Part shown: positions 51,972-62,684 of the stretch, in pieces
Position numbering within the stretch: the first letter of the stretch is position 1
How the letters are laid out: every line of letters starts with the position of its first letter
NCBI GenBank assembly: GCA_030390025.1
Contig: CM059432.1
Coordinates: forward strand, 90,708,001 to 90,772,000
Length of the DNA: 64,000 nucleotides
Source of the DNA: Squalus acanthias
Taxonomy: Eukaryota
Direction: 5' to 3'
Notes under the pieces: generated by a model
What the model was told of the DNA's origin: nothing
Seen by the model: only the letters and a program-made list of their open reading frames with translations
The model's database searches: none
Position numbers and translations under genes: made by a program

Positions 51972-54900
51972 TTAGGAGGTGTGGACGAGACGGTGCGGCG
52001 GTCTGATGGGCCGGCCGGAGCGGCTCTTGTAGGACGCCGGTGGACGTGGAACGGCCGGGCGTGGAGCCGCCGGGTGAACCGGCTTGAGGGCAGGTCGGTC
52101 GCGTGGAGGTGGACGAGCTACAGGGACCTGCTCACCGGGCTCCGAGTGTGCTGGCTTGAGTCGGTCAACCGACACTTTTTCGGTCCTGTCGCCCACTTGC
52201 AGGGTGAAAAATTTGTCCCCAGCCTGTAGCACCTTGTAGGGCCCGTCGTACGGGGGTTGAAGGGGTCCGCGGTGGGCGTCGTGCCGGACGAAAACAAACC
52301 GTGCCTGGTGCAGGCTTAGTGGGACGTGTGAGGTGGATTCGCCGTGTCGGGCAATGGGCACCGGGGCGAACTACAGCGCCGGTGAGGCGAAGTCGTGGCG
52401 TTGCTGGTCGGCTGACCAGGGTGTCGTGGCGGTGGGCAGGAACTCGCCGGGTACGCGCAGCAGCTGACCGTACACGAGCTCTGCTGCCGATGCGTGGAGG
52501 TCTTCTTTAACCGCGGTGCGCAGGCCGAGGAGGACCCACGGAAGTCGGTCGGTCCAGGCGCCGTCTTGGAGGCTGGCTCGAAGAGATGCCTTCAAGGATC
52601 TGTGGAACCGCTCGCACAGTCTGTTGGCTTGGGAGTGGTACGCTGTGGTGCGGTGAATGGTCACCCCGAGATTGCGTGCGACGGTGGTCCAGAGTTCAGA
52701 GGTAAATTGCGGACCTCTGTCTGACGTCTTGTCGGGGGGGACGCCGAACCGTGCGACCCAGGTGCTGACGAAGGCTCTGGCGATGTCGGCGGTGGTGGTA
52801 GTAGAGATCAGTGGAATTGCCTCAGGCCAGCGTGTGGTGCGGTCAACGATGGTCAGCAAGTGCGTGTGGCCTTGCGACGGCGGCAGGGGCCCGACGATGT
52901 CCACGTGGATGTGGTCGAATCTCCGCGAGGGGACGGTAAACTCCTCGAGGGGTGCTTTCGTGTGTTGCTGTACCTTGGCCCGTTGGCAGGCTAGGCAGGA
53001 GTTGGCCCAAGTACGCACATCCTTGCGAAGGCCGTGCCAGACGAAGCGGTTGGCTACCAATTTGATGGATGCACGGGCGCCGGGGTGGGAGAGGTTGTGG
53101 AGAATGTCGAATACCCGGCGGCGCCAGGACGCTGGGACGACGGGCCGAGGTTGACATAGGGATATGTCGCACTTGACCATGACTGCGGTCGGGCAACAGG
53201 CGACGTCGGCCAGGCGTAGCCCTGGTAGGTGGTGCGTGCGGAGAGCAGATCAGGGTCGGTGATCTGGTCTACTGCGAGTTGAGCGTAGTCGACTGCTAGG
53301 TGTGCGGCGTGGATGGCGGAGCGGGAGAGGCAGTCGGCTACCACATTGTCTCGGCCGGAGACGTGTTGGATGTCCGTGGTGAACTTGGACACTGCCGCGA
53401 GCTGGCGCTGCTGCCTGGCGGACCAGGGGTCGGTTGTCTTTGCCATTGCGAATGTCAGGGGCTTGTGGTCGACAAACGCAGTGAAGGGGTGGCCCTCAAG
53501 CAAAAACCGGAAATGGCGGGCCGCCAGGAACAGCGCGAGGAGCTCGCGATCGAAGGTGCTGTACTTGACCTCCGGGGGGCGTAGTTGGCGGCTGAAGAAG
53601 GCAAGTGGTTGCCAGGCGCCGTCGACCCACTGCTCATACACGGCGCCGACCGCGTGGTCGGAGGCGTCCGTGGTGAGCGCTACCCTGGCATTGGGCCGTG
53701 GGTGCGCGAGCAGGGTGGTGTTGGCGAGCGAGGTCTTGGTGGAATTGAAGGCGGCGGACGCGTCTGCCGTCCATTCGACCGCCATCTTGCCGCTCCTGCC
53801 CCGGAGGGCTTCATACAGGGGCCTCATGAGGGACGCCGCTTTGGGGATGAAGCTGTTATAGAAATTCACCATCCCGAGGAACTCCTGGAGGCCTTTGATG
53901 GTGGTGGAGCGGGGAAATTGTTGGACGGCCTGCACCTTGGTGGGCAGGGGAATGGCCCCAACATGGGTGATGTGGTGGCCGAGGAAGTCGATCTCGTCCA
54001 GGCCGAACTGGCATTTGGCTGGGCTGAGGATGAGCCCGTGGTCGCTGAGGCGCCCGAACAGGATGCGAAGGTGTTCGAGGTGTTCCTGCTTGGAGGAACT
54101 GGCTACCAGGATGTCGTCCAGGTAGACAAACAGGAACTTCAGGTCCCGAAGGATCGAGTCCATGAGCCGTTGGAATGCCTGGGCCGCGTTTTTGAGGCCG
54201 AAGGGCATCCACAGGAACTCGAACAGGCCGAAGGGGGTGATTACGGCCGTCTTGGGACGTCCGCGGGGTGGACGGGGACTTGGTGGTAGCCGCGCACCAG
54301 GTCGACCTTGGAAAAGACTGAGCGGCCGGCCAGTCTAGCCGAGAAGTCCTGAATGTTAGGCACGGGGTACCGATCAGGGGTGGTGGCGTCATTGAGGCGG
54401 CGGTAATCCCCGCAGGGGCACCAACCTCCGCCTGGTTTGGGGGCGATGTGGAGTGGGGAGGCCCAGGGACTGTTGGAGCGGCGGATGATGCCGAGCTGTT
54501 CCATGGTGGCAAACTCGGTCCGCGCGATCTCCAGTTTGGCCGGGTCCAGCCTGCGGTCGTGGGCGTACACTGGGGGGCCTGTGGTGGGGATGAAGTGTTC
54601 CACCCCGTGTTTGGCGGCCTCCGCGGAGAAGGTCGGATTGGTAAGGGCCGGGAATTCGGCCAGGAGTGCCGAGTAGTCATCCGTGGCCCGGGCATGGCAC
54701 TGTGACGCCAGGTCGGCGGGTTGACGGGGGACCATGGCGCCCAGGATGGGGGACATGGTGTTCATGTCCACGAGGCGGTGACGAGGGATGTCTACCAGTA
54801 GGCCGTGGGCGCACAGGAAATCTGCGCCGATGAGAGGGGAGAGCACCTTGGCAGTGATGAACTCCCATCGGTAGTGGTGACCAGCGAGGTCGAGGGTGAC

Positions 54901-55785
54901 TGTCCAGGTGCCATACGTCCGGATTTCCGAGCCGTTAGCAGCAGCCAGCGCCGGTCCTCGTTCGCCCTTTTGGATGTCAAGGGAGGAGGCCGGGATGATG
55001 CTGTGCTGAGCCCCAGTGTCGCACAGGAACCGGCGGCCGGTTTTGTCATCCGTGACGAACAGCAGGGAGCCCGCGTGGCCCACGGCCATCGCGGGGGCTG
55101 GTACGGGGGCGGACTTGAAAGAGCAGGGAGGTGTGCACCGTTGTGCCCTGGCGCCGAACCGTGCGTGGTAGTAACAGTGGCCCGGGTTAGTGGAGCGTGA
55201 AGGCCCCGTGGGCCTGGTGGCAGGCCCTTGTGGTCGCGTGCTGGCCAGTGAGGGGCGCGCCCAGGCATTGGCTGCCAGGTCCGGAGTGACGTCGCGGCTG
55301 GAGTGAGCGGACAGCAGCTTGTCGGCCTCATCGGCCAGGGCTTCCAGGTTCGTGAGGCCGGACGCCACGATCGCTGGGCGGATGCTGAGAGGGAGCTGGT
55401 GGATGAACAGCGTGCGGAAGAGGGATCCGGGTGGGCTCTCGTCGGTGAGGGAGAGCATGTGGGAGAGGAGGTCTGACGGTGAGGCATCACCAAGGCCTGG
55501 AAGGTCGAGGAGGTGGCAGTTTCGCTGATATGCCGAGGCCGTAAATTTTTTAAGGAGCGCTGTCTTGAGATGTGCGTACTTGTCTTCCTCTGGTGGGTTC
55601 TGCAGCGTTGTCCAAACCTTCGAAACTGTGGCGCTACCGAGTGATGTGACGAGATAGTCGTACTTCGTCCCATCTGTGGTGATGCGTTGCAGCCGGAAGC
55701 GCGATTCAGCTTGGAGAAACCAGGCTTCGGGCTGGTTTTCCCAAAACTCCGGCAGTTTCACGGAAACTGCGTTCGTGTCCGCCAT
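51972..55785 (-). pseudogene. Gypsy gag-pol polyprotein with several frameshifts
   Basis: Gag VKLPEFWENQPEAWF; CYYH-X9-C-X3-C; protease FLCDTGA; RT YLDD; RNase H TDAS...DRELLA; integrase H-H-C-C, D-D-E core and GPY motif. Frame breaks near 54250, 53220-53160 and 52380. Confidence 0.93.
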
Positions 55786-55810
55786 TGCAGTGCTCGGAAT
55801 ACGTTCTGAG

Positions 55811-55824
55811 CGTCGGGGTCACCA
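55811..55824 (-). promoter_or_regulatory. Primer binding site complementary to tRNA-Trp
   Basis: TGGTGACCCCGACG one base after the 5' LTR; this is the first 14 nt of the known tRNA-Trp PBS TGGTGACCCCGACGTGAT. Confidence 0.9.
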
Positions 55825-56494
55825 ATGTTGAGGCTGCCGCGAAACACGAATTAAGGCTGAATCCAGGTGTGTTAAACAAGAGACTTTTTAATCACTGCAT
55901 GGCACAAAATGGCTGAACAGAAAAGCTCCCAGAATTCTCTGGGCAAATCCTGAGGCCCCACCCACTCCTGCCTTAAAGGTAAGGGGGTAAAAATTCACTT
56001 GGTTGCGCCTCCCGTTAGCGCCTTAAGAGGGCGCTAATGGGGCGTTAAGCCGCTAACGCCCGGGCGCAGCGCTGTTTGCGCCGCTCGAGAACTTAACTTG
56101 AGATTGTGCGGCGGCGCTAAAACGTACCGCTGCGACCACCTGCGCGCGCAGATTGTGACGTCATTCCATGGTGCAACGCCCTTGGGGCGCCCCGTAGCGG
56201 AAATTGAGTGGCGCCCCCTGCCTTACCGCCTGGCGCTTCCAACAACCGGAAGACTGGAACGTTATCAATCGGTGTGGGGCTGGGGGGGGCGCTATTTAAA
56301 GGGGGCCTCTTCCTGTCTTTTTCTGTGGTCGACATTTATGCACCACTCGTTCTGAGAGAGAGAGAGAAATTCGGGGAGAGAGAGAGAGAGACTTCTACAT
56401 TGACTCAACGCTTTGTGAGGTAGTTTTGCCTATTCATCCTAACTTTGTTGCTACTTTAGTTGCTGTACCTCATTACTTTTCTGGCAAAGAGAAT

Positions 56495-57646
56495 ATGGGG
56501 GCTGCAATGATTGGGGGCGTCGTCCTGCTCCAGCTGAATCGGAGAATACAGAGACGCAGACAGAGAGTGGCAATGATGGCCAGACGGAGGAGGGCCATCA
56601 GGCGCATGTACAGGAAAGCTTACCCTCCCAGGGTATATCGTGAACAGCTCTCCTACATCCATATGTCCGAGGAGCTGTGTTTGCGGAGGCTGCGATTCAG
56701 CAAGGAGGTGGTCACTGAGCTCTGCCACCTGCTGCAGCCAGATCTGCAGCCTCAGCTGAGGTCCAGGACGTCTCTGTCGGTGGCAGTGAAGGTCACAGTG
56801 GCTTTGAACTTCTACGCCACTGGCTCATTCCAAGCTGCTGCTGGGGACCTCGCCAATATCTCCCAGTTTGCGGTGCATCGCTGCATCCGTCAGGTCACCA
56901 ATGCCCTCTTCAGAAGGAGACGAGACTTCATCTCTTTCCCTATGACCCCAGACAAGCAGCGTGACCGTGCTCTGGGCTTTGCGAGGGTAGCGGGCTTCCC
57001 CATGGTGCAGGGCGCCATTGACTGCACGCATGTGGCTTTGCGTGCTCCGCGAGAGAATGCAGAGGAATTCAGGAACAGGAAGGGGTTCCATTCCTTGAAT
57101 GTGCAGTTGGTCTGTGACCACAGACAGGTGATACTCGCTGTCAATGCCCACTATCCGGGCAGCTGCCACGATGCTTTCATCCTGCGCCAGACTACTGTGG
57201 CAGAAGTTTTCGAGGCACCGCATCAGCCAGTTGGTTGGCTTCTGGGGGACAAGGGGTACGCATTGAGCACCTGGCTGATGACACCGCTCCGTACGCCAAA
57301 CACCCCTGCTGAGCTGCGGTACAATGAAAGCCATCAAGCAACCAGGAACATTATTGAGCGCACAATCGGCGTGCTGAAACAACGGTTCCGCTGTCTGGAC
57401 CATTCCGGAGGAGCCCTGCAGTACTCGCCTGAGCAAGTTTCGAACTTCGTAGTCGTGTGCTGCATGTTGCACAACATGGCAATCCTCAGGACCCAGCCAA
57501 TGCCACCAGGCCTTGTAGCACCACCAGAGGAGGAGGAGGAAGAGGACGAGGACGATGATCATCAGCAGCACCAAGGCAGGAGGGCGGCCCACAATGGTCA
57601 AACTGCAAGGGCCGTCCGTCAACGACTAATAGCAAGCCGCTTCTAG
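56495..57646 (+). CDS. Harbinger DDE transposase (HARBI1-like), intact, 383 aa
   Basis: Uninterrupted ORF; SVAVKVTVALNFYATGSFQ, GAIDCTHV (D), LLGDKGY (D), RNIIERTIGVLKQRF (E). Confidence 0.95.
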   Translation: MGAAMIGGVVLLQLNRRIQRRRQRVAMMARRRRAIRRMYRKAYPPRVYREQLSYIHMSEELCLRRLRFSKEVVTELCHLLQPDLQPQLRSRTSLSVAVKVTVALNFYATGSFQAAAGDLANISQFAVHRCIRQVTNALFRRRRDFISFPMTPDKQRDRALGFARVAGFPMVQGAIDCTHVALRAPRENAEEFRNRKGFHSLNVQLVCDHRQVILAVNAHYPGSCHDAFILRQTTVAEVFEAPHQPVGWLLGDKGYALSTWLMTPLRTPNTPAELRYNESHQATRNIIERTIGVLKQRFRCLDHSGGALQYSPEQVSNFVVVCCMLHNMAILRTQPMPPGLVAPPEEEEEEDEDDDHQQHQGRRAAHNGQTARAVRQRLIASRF

Positions 57647-57940
57647 GGCCCCTGCCATTGCTACAAACACTAATCAACCCAGCACGCAACCCCTAAGCCG
57701 GCCAAGGCACCAATAATTCCAAGCACCAGCCATGTATATTTTGAAAACAGAAACTTATTTATTTTACAAACTCTGTGTGTGTCAATTCCTCATGACAAAC
57801 TCATAGAAATAAACACAAAAAAACAGTCAATAACATAACTGGTTCTCACAACCTGGAGATAATGTCCAAAACACTAAACAAAAGTTGGACCACGACCCTC
57901 GGCCTTTAATAAAAAAATGACCAGCATTTTGTCACACCTC

Positions 57941-59819
57941 CTACTTTTTGCCCTTCGAGGGTGATCTCCTTCCCTTGCGCACTTCCCCCCTTCCAACCCT
58001 ACTGCTCCTCCGTAATGGGACCTCAGTGGCTGCAGCAAGGCTGGTGGAAGGCTGCTGCTCGTCAGACCCTGACACTGCAGATGCCCCTGAAGGACGGCCT
58101 CGACCACTTCTGGGCCTGGAGGGCCCGGCTGCAGACTGCACCAACTCTGCATGGGCGGCAGCAGTCTGTCCTACAGGCGGTGGCAAGTGCAGTGGAGAAG
58201 TGACAGTGTTGGCAGCAGGAATGCTGTCATCGTGAGAGAGGACAGCAACTCCCTGCTCGCCCGACACACTGGCACTCCCACGGGTCAGCACTTCAGCATC
58301 CGGAGCAATCTGCCGGAGAACAGATTGCTGGCCTGCTGCGGCGCGGTGACAGCCCCGGGGACATGTGCACGAACCATCGAGGTTGGCAGCAGTCTGTGCT
58401 CGCGTGGCCTCCATCTGAGTCTGTATGAGAGCAGTCAGAGGTGGGATCACGGCAGCCAGTGACTGAATTGCAGCACTAAGCGTTAGTGTGGCATCCGCCT
58501 GTGCTACAGCGAAGTGCTCCACACTCCTTGCCAGTGACTCAATGCATTCGGGCACCCTTCCCACTGCACCCATGAGCTCAGTGTGCATGCCCACCGCCTG
58601 GCTGTTCATTTCTGCAATCAGCCGCTCCTCCTCTGCGTCCATTGCAGTAGGAGTGTCTGGCATACTCTCCCTCTGGGGAGAAGGCCCCCGTTCTTCCCCA
58701 CCCCTCCCCCATGGCGTTGCTGCAGCCCGCTGGGTCCTGGAGCTTCACCATCATCAGCCCCTTCCCCCCTGCTCCCCTCCGGGGAAGGCGTGTTCCCAGT
58801 GTGGCCATGGGCTTCCTCGGGAGAGGGTGGCACTGATGCTCTGGCTTCCTCTTCCTCCTCAGCTGCAGCATCACTCCCAGTGGCAGCTTCAGGGCCCGTC
58901 TCCTCAGCTGGTGAATCACCATCTGAAAGCAGGGAGGTACAAGAGTGGCTTTAGCGTGAGGACAGGGTGGCAGTAAGGGAGGAATAAGTGCAGCGAGTTA
59001 GCAAGTTGGATTGAAAGTGTCAAAGGCTGGTATTGTGAGGGACAAGTGGAAGGACAGAGGACAAAAAGGTGATGACCTTACCATTGCTGTCCACAACGGG
59101 GTCGGCGTCTCCAGTGGCGACGGGACCGATCACCCGGCTTGCCACAATCCTGTGGACGCGCTCCTCCAGATCGCTGACGGGTTGCAGCTGAAGCCGCCCT
59201 CCACCCGTCCGTTGCTGCTGTCTCCGATTATGAGCCAGCTTAGCCTGCAAGAAAAAGGACAGCATCTGAGTAAATATACAGCCATGGTCTTGCCTGATGT
59301 GCCTCCCATAGGTGAATAGCCCTTACAATATACAGCCATGGTCTTGCCTGATGTGCCTCCCATAGGTGAATAGCCCTTACAATATACAGCCATGGTCTTG
59401 CCTGATGTGCCTCCCATAGGTGAATAGCCCTTACTGTATGCAAAGTGTAGAATGTGTGTGTGTGTTTGATGAAAGGGCCATAGGTGTTGGATGAGTGTTG
59501 TGCATTGGGGTTTTAAGACCCTCTGGCCATAGAGTGAGGTTGAGATGGAGGGATGGAGAGGTATTGAGAAAAAGCCACTCACCCTGACGACCCGAGTGAG
59601 GTCGTTGAACTTTTTGCGGCATTGAACATGGGTCCTGGGCACCATGCTCCTGGAGGAGACGCTCTGAGCCACCTCCCTCCACACTCTTCTGAACTCGCGT
59701 GGCAAAGGCCTCCTGCCACTCTCCGGGAACAGCATGCATCGTCTGCGCTCCACTGCGTCAACCAGAGCATCCAAGGCCCGCTCGGTGAAGTGATGAGCGC
59801 GTTCTCTCACCCTCTCCAT
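57941..59819 (-). CDS. Myb/SANT-like DNA-binding partner gene of H5 (exons 59819-59583, 59244-59082, 58922-57941), with one apparent frameshift
   Basis: HFTERALDALVDAV...VWREVA...RTHVQCRKKFNDL | AKLAHNRRQQQRTGGG | acidic region, coiled coil and a basic C-terminus. GT-AG introns in phases 0 and 1; the frame slips in a G-run near 58700. Confidence 0.85.
59273..59434. repeat. Perfect 3 x 54-bp tandem repeat in intron 1 of the H5 Myb gene
   Basis: Unit AATATACAGCCATGGTCTTGCCTGATGTGCCTCCCATAGGTGAATAGCCCTTAC starts at 59273, 59327 and 59381. Confidence 0.95.
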
Positions 59820-60627
59820 GCTTGGCAGCAAAATGGATTACAGGTCTCTCCAGGCTGAGATTCAAGGCTGCAATGAGCAGGGTGTGGCTGGGGAGCAAGT
59901 GGCCCCCCCCGCTTTAAGAAGTGTCCGGCGCCAGTGTGTCTGTGTTCCCTCGCTAACTGGCAGCAGCTGTGCTGCGCTCGTGCGCTGAGTTAGCGCCTCA
60001 CTCCTTGGCCTTTGCGCCTTAAGACAGGTGTGCCGCGCCTGCTTTAGCGCTCCACTCACCTCCCGGGGCGGTAAAAGTGAAGTTTCCTGTCAGTGCCGAT
60101 AATTAGCGCCAGGCGCTAATATTTGCGTCCGGACGATATTTGCGCCCCAAGTGGGGCGCGACCTAATTTCTACCCCAAGGTGCCTTAAAGGGAAGGTGCT
60201 GGATATTTGTCCACGGACGGAAGAGTGGATAATGCCCGGTTAGGTGGCGATCCGCCACACAACGGTATTTATTTATGATTGACTTTGTTAAAGGCACTGA
60301 TATTAAGAGCATACTTAAATGAAAAGCTCTTGTTTTCTATAATGTCCTTGTTATTTAAGTAACAGTGCAAGATGCATAGATCTTTTGTCATGCAGTGAGC
60401 CTGTAATAGCCAGCCATGTGAAGGTGTTAGCCATATATTTTTATTCCTTGAGCTCTCGAAAATCTCTTTGTGCTTTAGTGAAATTTTCCAGTCGCTAGTT
60501 ACTGGTAGGAAAGGGCCATGTACAGTTAGGTAAAGAAAGAAATAACTTGCATTAATATGGCACCTTTCACAACTTCAGGACGTTAGTGTTTTACAGACGA
60601 TGAAGTACTTTTGAAGTGTAGACGCTG

Positions 60628-62321
60628 TAGGGTTCCTAACCCTCCCGCTTTTGGCGGGAGTCTACCGGAATAGGCGATTGGTCTCCGAGCCGTGGTACTG
60701 GTGACTCGACAGAAATGGTCCTTGTATGCATGGTTCCCGTATGTGCAATACCTTAGCTGTCAGGGCTTGCATCCAATTCACGTTGTCTGGCCCCCCCTGG
60801 TCCCGCCACTATTCTGAATGTACCTTACCAGTTGTGAGGATGGCGCCATTGGGGACCATGAATATCACCTGGAAACTCCATGTGTCCTGAGAAAGCAACA
60901 CAAACTGGGGGGAAGGAGGGAGAGAGAGAGAAACAAAATGGGGAGGGAGGGAGAACAAACTTGGGAGGGAGAAACACAAACTGAGGGAGAGGGAGCTCAT
61001 GTCAGTCTGTGATGTGCTCTGTTGTATAATTTTTTTTATTACACAAGTCAGGCAGCTTTGGCGCTGTCCCCTTGAGGACTGAGCCTCACCTCCTGATGCT
61101 GGGCTTCAGCAGTGGGGTGTGGGAGTCGTGAATTGAATTAGTTTTGGTTTTGGTTTTATTTATTGTTTTTATAACTTGCTGTGTATGGTAAAAATTCAAA
61201 AAATTGAATGAAAACTTTAGTTAGAAATTACTTGTATCGAGTCAGTAGAATTTAGTTAGTGTTTCTCATTGCGGTCGATACTGTAGAAACATCACAAAAG
61301 TAGTTTTTGTTCAAACCCCTCACTTATCCTTAAACCTTTCTATTTTTTTGTATTCTTTCTTTGATTTATAAATTATGTTATTCATCTCACTATAAAATAA
61401 AAAGTCATGGGCGCGAAATTTGGTTACGCCCCACCATTTAGCACCCAGCGCGGAAGTACCTGCCCCACACTGGAAGTGGAGCGCAATCTTGGGTGCTCCA
61501 CTTCCTGGTGGGGTGGTAACCGAGGCGATGTCGGGGCACAATCAACAGCGTTTCAACGCTCCTCCCCTTCAGTTAAAGGGGAGGGCTGCTGCACACTCTG
61601 CAGGGCCTCCGATGGCCCACACTAGGCCAGCAGGGCGGCGTGGTGCCGCAGCCCGGCGGCAAGACGTGGTGCAGGGCTGCGCGATGACGGCCAGGACCAT
61701 GCCATGGAAGGCCGACCTGGGGGTCGGCCAAAAAAAGAAAATGGCGGCGTGGGTCGTGGCCGCACCGCCCCTTTACATACCGCCCTGTGAGCGGAGGATG
61801 GCCTGGCTCGCGACCTGCGAGGCTGGCGCGGACATCGCCCGCGGCAGCCTCGCGGGGCACAGCTGAATTTCTGCCGCGGGGCGGTAAGGGGATACGGTGG
61901 GGCGCCAAGGGGTCGCGGTGCACGGCGATGACGTCATCGCCAGTGGCGCAGCGGCCCAGGGCGCTACCGGTGGGGGCGCAGCGTTACTGGGTAGCACTTC
62001 AGCAACGCCCCGCCAAATTTCTCAAGAGGTGCTTTTTCCCCCCCTCCCGGGCAATAAGCCCTTTTCGCCCCCTGGAGGCACTAACGGCAGGCGCAAAGGA
62101 GCCGAATTTCTTGCCCCAAATATTTCATTCGGGCTTGGTGCTACTCAGACACTCAACTAAGGTAAATGCAATAACATTTGCAAACAGTGGGCAAATGTCA
62201 CGTGATTAAATATCATGCGAATAAGCATTACATGGGTGGTGTCGCATACTCAAATGCCATGTGATCAAATATCACAAGATCAAATCTCCAGGAATACGTC
62301 GAACCAGAGTTGGCAACCCAA
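60628..62321. mobile_element. Non-autonomous hAT-like DNA transposon
   Basis: Ends TAGGGTTCCTAAC / GTTGGCAACCCAA, with 8-bp flanks AGACGCTG/AGACACTC (6/8). Confidence 0.6.
61409..62116. mobile_element. GC-rich Harbinger MITE
   Basis: TIR GGGCGCGAAATT / AATTTCTTGCCC. Internal GATGACGTCATC and AAAATGGCGG motifs as in 39424-40191. Confidence 0.8.
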
Positions 62322-62684
62322 AGACACTCTTGTAATGTAGCGTATTGCAACAGCCAGGTTGGACACCGCAAAGTCCCACAAATAGCAATGAGATAAATAA
62401 TCAAATAATCCGTTTTAGTGATGTTGGTTGAGGGATCAATTTCAGCTAGGACACTGGAAGAACTCCCCTGCTCTTTGAATAGTGCCAAGGGATCTTTTAT
62501 GTTTACCTGAGAGGTCAGGTGGGGCCTCAATTTAAGAACATACGAACATAAGTAATAGGAGCAGGAGTAGGCCATATGGCCCCTCGAGCCTGCTCCGCCA
62601 TTCAATAAGATCATGGCTGATCATCGACCTCAACTCCACTTTCCTGCCTGATCTCCACATCCCTTGATTCCTCTAGAGTCCAAA

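Larger units (their letters stand above)
55984..60176. mobile_element. Near-intact autonomous Harbinger transposon H5 (4193 bp)
   Basis: TIR GGGGTAAAAATT / AATTTCTACCCC. The AAG duplication is confirmed against the empty site in the other LTR (GGTAAGGTGCC). Confidence 0.96.
51714..60261 (-). mobile_element. Ty3/Gypsy LTR retrotransposon, CsRn1-like clade, with Harbinger H5 in its 5' LTR
   Basis: 240-bp TG...CA LTRs (51714-51953; 55826-55983 joined to 60180-60261) with 4 differences seen. PBS, PPT, and gag-PR-RT-RH-IN order. Confidence 0.95.
60530..62535 (-). mobile_element. DeuSINE split by a hAT-like insertion (parts 60530-60627 and 62322-62535)
   Basis: Both parts are colinear with 28029-28340. 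Confidence 0.7.

Noticed and set aside
51972..55785. Bacterial contamination suggested by high GC and many overlapping ORFs
   Set aside because: The proteins are Gypsy gag-pol with LTRs, PBS and PPT. The extra ORFs are shadow frames of GC-rich sequence.
56495..57646. Domesticated host gene HARBI1 (and NAIF1 for the Myb ORF)
   Set aside because: It is bounded by TIRs and a target duplication, sits inside an LTR, and has decayed relatives in the same window, so it is a transposon.
59273..59434. Possible CRISPR-like array
   Set aside because: The units are contiguous and identical with no spacers, there are no cas genes, and the context is eukaryotic.
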